The notes beneath the pieces are model-generated. The model was not told where the DNA came from and made no database searches. It was given only the letters and a program-made list of their open reading frames with translations. Positions 47,165-58,700 of a DNA stretch of 64,000 nt are shown here, piece after piece. Numbering within the stretch: the first letter of the stretch is position 1; each line of letters opens with the position of its first letter. The position numbers were made by a program, and so were the translations under genes. The DNA comes from Eutreptiella sp. 'Long Island Sound 2002' (taxonomy: Eukaryota > Protista > Euglenida): the NCBI GenBank assembly GCA_964036045.1, contig OZ038379.1:22320001-22384000 (forward strand), in the 5' to 3' direction.

Positions 47165-49703
47165 CGCTTCTCAAACATTGCAGCTGTGCCCGAACTGCCA
47201 AGGTAAGGTGCGAAAGGCACTGCGATTCCGCGGGATGTCAAGCGCCGGGGTACGTTTGGCGGTACCGCACGCGCTGACTCACTGTGTTTCTGCGTCCAGC
47301 CTTGGGGGGCCACATTTGGGCGAGTTGAACGCTTCAGCACAGGGGGGGGGGGGGGTCGCGGCCCGTACTCAAGTTGGGTGTCCCGCAACAGGCCGGCGAC
47401 GAATTTGTGGCCAAGCAGACATTTATTTCTTTGTTTCGGAACGGTATGAATGCGGTTTTCATATCATTATGATTAGAACTTACATAGTTTTCATTCTGAT
47501 ACATTTTCTTGCTAGATTCGGCATAATTTGGCATGGTTGCCGAAATGGTGCATTCTATTTTGGTCAATTCTGGTGTTAAATTATACCTTTCAAAGTTTGA
47601 AATACTACTACGTTCATCAATGCAACAAAACATTGATACACTAAGGTGGTACACAAAGTAGTCCACCCCCAAATACCAGCGCCTACATGACGTCCTTTAT
47701 TTTGTAAATTTCTCAGCTCCAAGGAAATATTTTCCAACAAGTAAGATTTTATTTCAAACTTCAACTTTTGTACTTCCCATTGCAAACTTACTACCAAAAA
47801 ACTCAAATGCTAGCTAATTGTTTAAAAGCATGCAAAATGGTACACCTATTGGCTTCCTTACCTTACATCCCAAGTGGTTGTTTGGCCAAACCAATTGTAA
47901 AGGAGTTCTAAACGGCCAAGTACCTTTTGGGCTACAACACTCTGGTTGTTTTTTGAAGCGGTGGCCTTCCATCCACTTTGATGATCACCAATCTAGGTAT
48001 AATCTATGACCATACCATGTATGTCATATTTTGGCCGTTCGAGTTTTTCAACGAACTTTGTACGACAACGTTAGGCATGAGTTGGGCTATCCGATTACGT
48101 GTCTTTGCCACCGCATTGTTAACACGTTGACGCAACGATCGTAACTTTTTGTTCGGAGCGATCGTTGGCTTATCTTACTAGGAATCCTTACGACATTTTT
48201 TTACATTGTTGGTAGATGAAGCAAACGACGTTGTGGCATAGAACGTCACCAACCGCGGTTGCTCCCCTCGTCGAGATGCCTGTGTTCAAAGAGTTGGACA
48301 CTTGGTTTACCAAGTGTTAGAAGTTGTACCAAGTTTTGAATCGGGTGGAAAAGAAGAATGGTCAGCAACTTCAACTTCAATTCAACATTGGGTGTTCACC
48401 AGCAAGGGTGATAAGGCACACCACAACAGGCTGCGGCATCCTGCAAGCGGCCAGCTTCTCGATGAGTAAACATTTCTTGTCGTGTTCTTGACAAGCAAGC
48501 ATGCTCTCATTGCAGAATTTCTTTGCTCTTTGTTGTCCATGCATTGCATTGCAAAGGAGAAAGAAGAGAGGTAGAGTAGATGAGGAAGAAGGGAGGGGGG
48601 GGGGGGGCAAAAGTTCAACTTTAGCCGACGGAGGGAGGCAGGGAGCCGAGGGCGGGAGGGAGGGAGCTGAGGGAGGGCCTCCCCCTTGTTTCTAATCTGG
48701 GTCAAATATGAGGCCAGGGGAAAATGGTGTTGCTAGGTCGGAGCAGGAGAATTTTATAATCACTGCCCTCCAGTCGACTGGTGCCGCCCCAATCCACACT
48801 CAGCCGAGACCGAAATAGGGAAGAGGACGAGGTTTCACGAGTACGTTGCACATGCCCTTCTCTTCTACATTCATCCAGGGATATGGATAATCCAATTTGA
48901 GTGATCTTGACTTCGATCCGATAAAGGTATGTGAAAAAGGAGATTTGAGTAGTTGTGTTCTTGTGATGCACGGGATCATGTGCCGTGACCCGGTTTCTCG
49001 ACCGTCACGAGGAGTGGAAACTGTTTCCAGGATACACAAGATACGGTCATGTCATGTTGCATGAATATTGTCAACCATTTCCGCTACGGTCGAATGAACG
49101 AAAATGCAACAAACCTCGTTGCTGCACTCGGAAAGTGTGGCTCAATCATCTGTTGTGCCGTGTGCCATTTGTCGCCAGAGGAGGATCATTTAGATCAGAT
49201 TGGGTTGAGAAACATACTCAAGAAATGAAAGGAGGGAATTCTTACCCGAAAGGGGCGAGGTCGCGTGTGTTGAAAACACCCTTCCTTCCCTCGCAAGGGC
49301 CTCCACACAAAAATGTCGCAAGTCAACTTCGCATGAACCCAAGGGAAAATGTAATGGGGCATACTACAATGGGCGCTTTTTTTGAAAGGCTTGGTGTTGT
49401 AGAGATCTAGAAACAGGTGCGCCGCCTTTGTACTTGTCCGATGCCCGAAAAGGAAACCGTTGGGTGAAGTGACACATCACCACCGAGCGTACGACCCATT
49501 TTTCAACAAGGAGTTGATTGTAACATTTGTGCGTTTTGCATACTCGTGCACAATGTTTCGAACCAACTTGCACAAAATTGCACGGCCCAACCACTTCATT
49601 TGTCAACGCGGTACATGGAAGTGGTTGTGTTTGCACATCCTTGTTTTTTTTTCTTTACAGGTAGCCAAGTGCCAACAATACACCCAGAGTTCCGGTTTGT
49701 GTG

Positions 49704-52700
49704 ATGCCGACTTTGGAGCAAGTAGAAACTTGCTTGAATCCCGAGAACCTCCCGCCTGGCTTTGCGGCACCAAAGATGACTCCATACCATACCGTTTCTC
49801 CTGCATCCCCCACGGAACGCGGGTCGCCGCGGGGAACTCAAAACGTGAAGCGCTCGTTGTTCGAGAACCGCCTTGATGCACAACTCCGCCTCGAGAAGGA
49901 GCTTTTTCAAATGAAGTATCGCCAAATGGTTGGCGGCTCATCCGTCAACACTTCCCCGACCAAGGCCCCTTCAACTATGAACTCCTCATGTCTCTCCTCA
50001 CAAACTTCGCCCGTGTCAAAAGGGTCGTGTCAAGGAGGAAGCTCCGTCATGGATGCCCACACGGCGTTTTTGGTGTCCATGCGCAAAGAACTAACTTCGG
50101 ATGTGGGATTTTCGCGAGACCAACCCTCCGAGAGCATCCACGGCGCCGCCACATCCTTCGGACCATTGATTGATGCCACGTGTACTCATACCCATCAACT
50201 TTCCGACCTCCCGGATAACGGCACGCCAAACCACTATAAAATGTCAACGGCCTCCGTATCTTCGGAAGAAGGGGTTGGGGCGCCGTCGCCTGGCTACAGC
50301 GCCGACTCCGGGGAAGACCTTTCCACTATCGGCGCCGCGATGGAGCGTTTGGGCACCTTGACCCAACCCCCCTCACCGCCCATGGGTGAAAGCGACGTGC
50401 GAGTCACACATGTGTCATTAATGGCGAGATACCCCTCGTCTCAAGGTGACGAGCTCCACCAAATTTACGGTTGGCCCACCAACACGGACAATTTACTCCC
50501 CACCGCGTGTGCGGCGGTGAATGCAACCCGCATCCAATCGGCGTATCGCGTGTCGCGAGCCCGGCTAGAACGCCGACGCTTGCGAATGGAGCGAATGTTA
50601 CGTCTGCAAGCTTCCTTGCGAAAACAACAACAAGTATGCATGGTGCATGTGGGCTTCTAGTCACGGTTGCGAAGACCGCGACCTTGTGGTCAACACGAAA
50701 TGGTTATCACCATCGTGCGCCCAAAAGAATCGGCAAGTAGCTTCTATTTCGGGCGTCACTTCTTGATCCATCCCATGGCAACACAAAAGCAATTTATCTC
50801 CAACTTCTTTGCCGTGTGTGCTGTAGGCACACACGGCAAATTGATTAGCATGCACATTTCCATTGCCAAACGGCCAAAAAGGCGCAAGTGTGGATCGCAT
50901 CATGGATTAGGACCGTTGAACCGCCCCCATGTTGGGTCATTTCTTCTACCTTGTGACAGTACCCACCGTCAAAAGGCACATGTCGCACGTGCGCGCTCTA
51001 ACATTGAATGTTGATGGTATTGTCTACAATTCCAATAGAATCACATTTGTGCCTCATTCGAAGGCCAACACTTCACAACATGGAGCGATCGCGCTCGGTT
51101 GAAAAATGACTAGCTCGTTGGGTGGGTCTTGTTTTATTGTGTCGAAGAGCTATAACCGGAGGTTCCCCGGCACGTAGTGGCAATATTTTTCATGACCTGT
51201 ATAACTCCCTCCGTGTAGATTGTAGACTTTAGACCTGGGCTCTTAAAGTGTACTAGGCTTTATGTCAATCCTAGAACTTGTTGTGACCTATTTTCGTACT
51301 CAATTGTTGAGTGGGTGTCTCAACGGCGTCGAGTGTGACAAACGAATCCACAAGAGACTATCGCGCAATCGTCGCATTCATGGGGTGGCATAGAGCTCAT
51401 TGCTCTCATTTTCTTGGTTGCAAATTACAAGCTCGTAATTTTGTGAATCAATTGCTTCATGTGATTGCCCCGTAATAAGAACACACCACACACTTGACAA
51501 CACCCAAGCAACTGAAAGCAACCAACACCCGTCACACACATCCGACATGCACCCAAAAGCAAAACAACAAAAGGACGTGCCAAGTTTTCACTCCTTGATC
51601 TTTTGACATAAGAGTGGGAAGGGAAATACTTTGAATGTAACGGAAGTGGTTTCATTTCCATTCCCATTTCGGGAGCTTTTTACCTCTTACTTTGTAAGAA
51701 AGGAAAGCGGTCCATTGACCAATCACGCGACGCGGCAAACATCAATCTTTCAAAATGAGGTTGCTCATTTCGCCACATGGAGGTGCCACAAGCTGAGGGT
51801 GTATTGCAACCAAGTGTGAGCTACATTTGAACACAGCAAAAATACTACATTTTCACGGAACAGCTTTCATGTTATGCCGAAGAATCTTGATGTCACCAAA
51901 AGCTTTGTCTCTTTTGAACATGGAGCAAGGAAACATGAACATTATTGGGGACTTGGCAACATCAATGTTTGATTTAGGGTGGTCCACCCACCCCACCGCA
52001 AGGGTATTGATTGTGGATCTACCACATTTGTGAACCCCAACCCCCAGAAATGGATCAAAGCCCCAAATCCGTGCAAAGCCACGTGCGCTGCTATGGGAGG
52101 CCCAACCACACGTGGTCTGACCCCCCCAACCTTCCAATGTGAATGCTTGCGGATAAGAAAACCCCACGGCAAAGCAAATGACTTGGCACCATGGTGACGA
52201 TTTCATGGGAATTTTTTGAGTAGAATGGATCAAGATGTTTGCCATGTCCAACCAGGCATTCCCCCACCCCCGCACACCTCGGCAACCTTCAAACAATGCC
52301 ACCTGTAGGGCAGGGGGGATTTTGCAACTCGAACTTTTCGATGTGGGAAATTTCAATTCGGGCGACGCATCTGATGTCGAAATTTAGCAACATTGCTTGT
52401 CGTGCTGTTGCCTTTGCCACACGCTTAACATTTGTAGACGGGGCACAGTCGAATTCTTTGGACACCAAGCCTCTCGCCGTTGATTCATCCCTCCATTGAA
52501 TAGCCGTCCAGTTGTAGTTTTCTCTCCGCCATGCTTGGTTTTTTGACGCCCAACCCCAAAACAAATGAACACCAAGAGAAGATTTCTACCATGGTTCGGC
52601 ACTTGAAAGCCACTGTTGGAGCATGTGTGAAAAGCATTGGGCTCCGTATTCAGCCTCCATACTCGGTGCCATATGCTTTGTGCAAAAAATTGATGTGAGC

Positions 52701-55700
52701 AAACTGTGCCACCATCCCTACCCACCACGAGTAGCTCGGAAAAGGTTTGGGCTTGGGATGTCAATCAATAGTAAGGCTTCAAAATTAAAATTGTACTTGC
52801 CGGGCGGTTCCAAAAAATGTGTCATGAAGTAGGGCAACTGCCAAGGAAGTGCGAGTGGGGAAAAATGCATGAATCCTGGCCATCCCAGCCGCAGTCTCCC
52901 GTGTTTGCACTTCAATTGGGAAGTACCAACTTGCCTCTCGGTCTCTCCCTTGCAACTCGCAGTCTACATCCACCGATGTCTCATTCTCTAGGCGGAGGCG
53001 AGGACGATCACCATCCAAGCCTTCTGTCGTGCGACTCTAGCATGTGGCATCATACAGCAACAGCGGCAGTGGATGGAACGGCAGGCTGGGGCTGCAAGGT
53101 GCATCCAAGCTAGCGCTCGGGCATGGCTCGCACAGCTAGAACGCCTACGGCGACGGGTAACATTGATGCAAGGAGTTGCACCGCAATGTGTCGGGGTGTG
53201 TGTGCTTGTGGTGCGTGCCATCTGGTGATGCCGTTCTTGAATGTATGAATCAATGACGTCACAAAAATGTAATGAGAGTTTGGGAGGTCCATAGTCCCGC
53301 AGATCCTCGTGACGATTGAATCCGCCTTGCACCTTCTGCAGACTCCGCGGCGCCAAGCCGCATCCACCGCCCAGTCTGGCTGCAAAGGTGCTGCAGTGGG
53401 CGGCTCTCCGAATATCACCACAGCCAAGCCCGCCCAGCCAGATTGCATGCCATCTCTTGTGAACCCACAGCCCCTGCCAGAAGCCCCCTCGAATACCTCT
53501 TCACCCAGGCCACATTCCAATACAGCCCCACAATCCCAGACTGCCCGAGGCACCTCTGCACCGGTCCATTTTGAAACTGAACCTCATGCCGCCCCGCCGC
53601 TGCCTACAGCGCTCCAGCATTCTTCCGTACTGCTGGCAGCCTCTCCGTCCGTTGCTCCAGCCCAGCAGCCCATCTCTGATACCCCACAAGACCCCACAGT
53701 GCCCCAGACGACAACTGCGCAGCAGCCCCCTGCGGTTTCGCACGACCCCATCCACAAGGACACCGAGCACCGCGCTACCACCGGCTCAACCAGCCGGGGC
53801 ACAAGTATTCTGCACCGTTTTGATAACAGTCTGCCATTGGGGCTACCCCGCTCCTCCCTGCCTCAGCCCAAGCCTCAGCCCAAGCCTCAACCCAAGCCTC
53901 AACCCCAGCCCGCCCCAGCAAAGATGGCACCATTCGCAACGCCTACCAAAGGAGCCTCTGATCCTCCAACTGCAGGCGAAGCGGCATCCCCAAGCATGGG
54001 AGGGGTCAAGGTGCTGCCTTCTCTTCTGCAAGTCACCTTCGTCGCTGATGCTTCTCCACAGACGTCGATTGACTGCGGTCATCGATGGTTCCTCGCAAAA
54101 AAATTGCTGGTTCTTTGCTGTCGGTGGGGATGCGGGCCGTCATTGATGGTGCCTCGTGAATCCGCACGGTCATTCTACAATATGATTATTCTGGAGTCTG
54201 GCCAGCGGCCGTGCGCAGTGGATTCATGGGGCAAGAGTAATGGGGCAGGGCCCTACAAGACCAGAGTCAGACAGACAATCTGCTTAGCAGCATCGTGACC
54301 TGCACAAGACTCCCATACAGTGCATGGGACCCTGCGTCACCAAACAGCAGGTTGTCCCCAACTGTCTCCTCTTGGGAGGTACGGGACTTTTTTGCCCGGC
54401 TACCAGGCTCATGCCGTTGCACCCGCACCCACTGTGCTCCCCCAGAGCGAGCCCTTTTGCGCACCAAAGGCTTTTGTGGTGCATCGGGGGAAGCAACAGC
54501 CCGTGGAGTTAATCTGTATGTAGACGTGGTGGCTGCCTTTTTTAAAAAGAGGCAGCAAGCAACACAGGCACCGTCCAAAACGGACGAAAATCTGAAACAT
54601 GTCGTCGGTACAGCATGCAGACCCAGGGTGTTCCAAATAGCCCTTTTCAAGGGCTTTCCGAATATACCCCACATAACCCCCCCCCCCCCCCTCCGGAACA
54701 CTCAGTTGGCACAAATGAGGCAACAAGGGCACCGACCCCCGAAAACCCACAAAGTTGGCACAAACGGCGTAGTACCCGAGAGATGTTCCGAACTCTTTTG
54801 AGGTTCTTTCGTGCGTCCATTCCATTGCTGTTGTTTGACAGGATTTCCCGGAGGTTTATCTGCCTGCTCTGCTTCTGCATACATCCCATTCACCAAGCCC
54901 CTGGTCTTTCGCTTCGCAGGGGGATGATCAGCTGCACGAGATTGAACTCCGGATGGCGAAGCTGTATGTGAGGTCAACGCTGCGGCAAGAAGCCACTAAC
55001 CGCCGCCTTATCACTATGGACGAGGAACGCGCTTACCATCGGCTTCGCAGTGACTGTAGCACTGAGCTCATGCAATTGCAGATCACAAAGATGCAGGCAC
55101 GGCAGCAGGCTACCGCTGCCTCCTGCTCCCAAAGTCCCAACTCCCCGTCACCTGACGTGGATTTGAAAGATGATATGAACCCCGAAGAAGATGATGCAAA
55201 GGTTGCTGAAGGGGAAGGCAGTGGGAGGCGTTGGGTGGGATGGGATGTGTGATGTGTGCGATGTGGTGCTTTTGTCGTGTATATTCGGTACAGCGGTGTG
55301 TCCTTCATCCTTTGCAATGAGACACTGTGTTGTCTTGATGCACTGTGTTGTCTTGGATGTCCCGCAGGGCTCAAGAGCCACTTTTTTTTTTAATGCGCGG
55401 TGTGCTGTCTTTTGGGTGTTACGTTTCATCTTTGTGGCACCCCTATATCTTCCCCTTGTGCTTTTTCTCAGCACCTCACCGGCCCTGTATACCCCCCAGG
55501 TGAGCCTGTCTGCCATAGGTGCAGGATAAGGCACCAAGCCAGGTTGCGATGGCTGTTGCAATGATGGACAATACCACAAGTGCCTCAACCCCCCCCCCCT
55601 TTTTTTTTTTTGAAAACAGCAACCCACAATCAGAGGCGCACGTTTTTCACAGAAGTGTGTGTAGGGCAAGGGTGTGGGGGTGTGCACATGCTTTGCAAAC

Positions 55701-58700
55701 CATCAATGCTTGATCAGTATTGAAGCAGGGGGGGGGGGTCCCTGCATTTGCTTATTGTGCATACCATTTTCTTGCAGCCCTGAAAGTGTGTTACATTTTT
55801 TCTCGCTATGTCTCATCCACATCACTCAACCCACAAGGCACACTACAACTGTCTACGCACTTTCGTCGATGGAGTCGGAGAAGCGCTGCCATACATGGCC
55901 GTGTGAGAGGAGGTGGAGTGGAGGCCTGCGTTTTTGTATGCTTACCCCTTAGGCCACTGTGTCCTTGCCATCCTGAAAACCCCCGGAAAATTCGAAACAA
56001 ACAGCATGCAAAAGGCACGGTGCAATGCGTTGAGGACCGCCTTGTGAGCTTTTTTGCCACAAACGTCTTTTGTTGGTCTGCAGCATGTTGTCCACATTCT
56101 GTTGCCCTTTTGCAGTTTGAGGAAACGTGGGGTGGCTCATGGGGGTGCAGGGGTGAAGTATTGCGCCATGACCCCGTGGCAGAGGAAAGAACAATTCCCT
56201 CATGAGCATAAGGACGAGGAACACTTTTCCTGCAGTATTTGTGCAAAACCCGTCTTGCACCAACAAAAGAAATTTGTACTGTCACACATCGACAGCAAAG
56301 GTCACCAACAACCACCATTTGGATGAAGTCATTACACTCACTGAGTCGTACTATTGAAAGAAAAAGGTGGTCAACTGTCCACTGTAGTGCTTGATTTTCT
56401 TGTCAAAAGAGGGTGAATTGTTCCGCAATTTTTGCACACATTCACGCAGTTTTCCCGTAATTTCCAGCATGTTTCCAATTTATCTCAATGGAATTGGACG
56501 GTCCATGACCGCAAATCCCCCCCAGGTGTTTCCCTTTGCAATCAATTACAGCGGATGATGGCAAGAAAGGGTCACATTTTTGCCTAAATTGGGTGGATAA
56601 CGGGGTTGGCTCCAATATCTACTCGTGACAGCATGAGGACTGGGTTAACAATGAAACACATATATGCACCCATTTACCGACTGATCCAGTCACATCTCTC
56701 TCAATCCAGTTCATAGCGCCCCATAGTCACATTTCGTGCCGACGACAGAAATCATCATTTGCCATCTGTATGGCAGGCTCGGCATGAGGTGACCCCGACT
56801 TCTGTTCCTTTCAGCGTCCTCACACTTAGCAACACTATTGGGGTGGCAGTAAAGCATCTGGCTGTCAGTCGGATCATCTGACACCATAAAGTGGCACTGT
56901 CTTCTGTTCCTGTTGCTGTTAGCACCCACATACTGTGCAATCCTGTCATTGTGTGTGTGGATGCTGGTGCAAATCTCTGCCACACGTTGTTGCAGGCCTT
57001 GCTACTTGCGACCCAGGTGCTGGACGGCACGCCATGGGCGTGCTTTCTGCAGTCCTTGAGCTCTGCCCACTCGCGGCTTCTGCATGCGGTCATTCCTCTG
57101 CTGGAGGTGTGCTTGTGCAGTGTGGCAAACAGTGAAGGAAGCTTTGGGGCCATTTTGAGAGCTGGGTCTTTTTGAAGGTGCATATGACCGTTTCGCACAT
57201 TGGTGCTGTCATCATAAACTGAGATGAGGAGAGCTCACTCCAATTTCCTGTGTGCTGTCCTCATGGACGCCACAAGAGTGGGGCTCCAAACCTGTCCACC
57301 TTCCGTGTCACAGCGGGAGTCGCTCCGTGGCCATGATCAATGAGCACAAGGTTTCCCGGAAATTTGCAAGGCCCATATGAAGCAGGTCCCAGGGAAAGAA
57401 AATAAAATGCAAAATTCAGCCCCAGATATTCAGATGTCCACATCATTGCACTTTGTGACGTGTGTGGATTTGTGCGTTTCGCACATGGATTGTCTGGGGC
57501 AAAGTTGGGGAATCTGGGATACACACAGAACAATTATATACCATGCACATATCACACTCGTGTGCAATCAAGGTAATGCATGCTGTGTGCAATCAAGGTA
57601 ATGCGTGCTTTGTGCATTCAAGGTAATGCGTGCTGTGTGCACTCAAGGTAATGCTTGCTGTGTGCATCGGCTTGTTTTTCTTTCCTGTTTTCCATGATAG
57701 AGTCCACACATGAAGGGGTGATGCTCAGGTGAGACAGCGCAACCTCTGGGTATTGCAGTGCCATTGATCAGTGTAATGCCATCTCCGTCCAACAGATACC
57801 GGAGGCTTGAACATGTGTAGAGGCGGGTGGAAGATTAGGATTGAAAAAAGATTTAGTTTCGACTGATTTGGTGCGTACAACATTGTACCACATATTTCCT
57901 TCCATTTCAAGGTTTTTGTGCAAGGTGGCAAGATCGGGAGGGATACCTTTGCAGTGTGTGTTTCTGGGGAAGGCGAGAAAAGGTTTTTGGGGGGGGGGGG
58001 GCAGAAGGAGGGGGCGGGTCTAAGACAGGGGCTCAAATGTCGCGACCAATCATGACACAAAAATTCTATTGCCTTCGGCAAGGCACCTCGAAGAGGGGAG
58101 AGGGAAGACCATTTTTGAGCTGCCGAGGCTGTAAAACTGCATAAGCAGGTTGTGCACCAGCCCCCTTGGGAGCCCCCCCCCCCCCCCAACACCCAAATAG
58201 GGTGAAAAACACATAAAGAGGGTATTGCGCTTTTACTGTCCATGAGCCTATGTACAGAGGTCGAGGGGCTGGGGGGAAAGGGCCGATCTCAGAGTTCTGC
58301 GCCTTCCCCCCGGGCTGATTGCCCCCCGCCTGTGGTGCACGGCGGAACAGAGGGACGAGTCGGTCAAGACTATGTCTCTTCCGAGCTCGCCCTCCCATGC
58401 GCCAGGTTAGGCATGGACATTCCCCCAGGGGACGCCGGCGCTACGGCGTCGGGCGCCCCAGGGGGGCGATGCGTCGGCGGGGGCTGCCGCACTGGCAGCC
58501 CCATGGAGAATAGTGTGGCCTGGCGCAGGGGCCCCGGTCGTCCTGGGCCCTGCGCCCGGCGTGCCGCGCGTGCTGCACTGTGTGCTGTGCTGTGCGCTGC
58601 ACTGTGTGCCGCACTGTGTGTTGCGCTGTGTGCTGCACTGTGTGCTGCGCTGTGTGATGTACTGTGTGCTGCACTGTGTGTTGCGCTTGCACTGTGTGCT

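Noticed and set aside
47450-48380. AT-rich stretch with KKLRSLRQRVNNAVAKTRNRIAQL, superficially TnpB/Fanzor-like
   Set aside because: No RuvC catalytic motifs or CxxC zinc finger were found in any downstream frame; at most an unassignable remnant.
54284-54380. Possible extra exon of the IQ gene
   Set aside because: Exons 53342-54010 and 54920-55201 already join in phase 0; the candidate would shift the frame.
57560-57666. 25-bp and 31-bp (60857-60984) repeats as CRISPR-like arrays
   Set aside because: The units are directly adjacent with no unique spacers, there are no cas genes, and the context is a eukaryotic intron.
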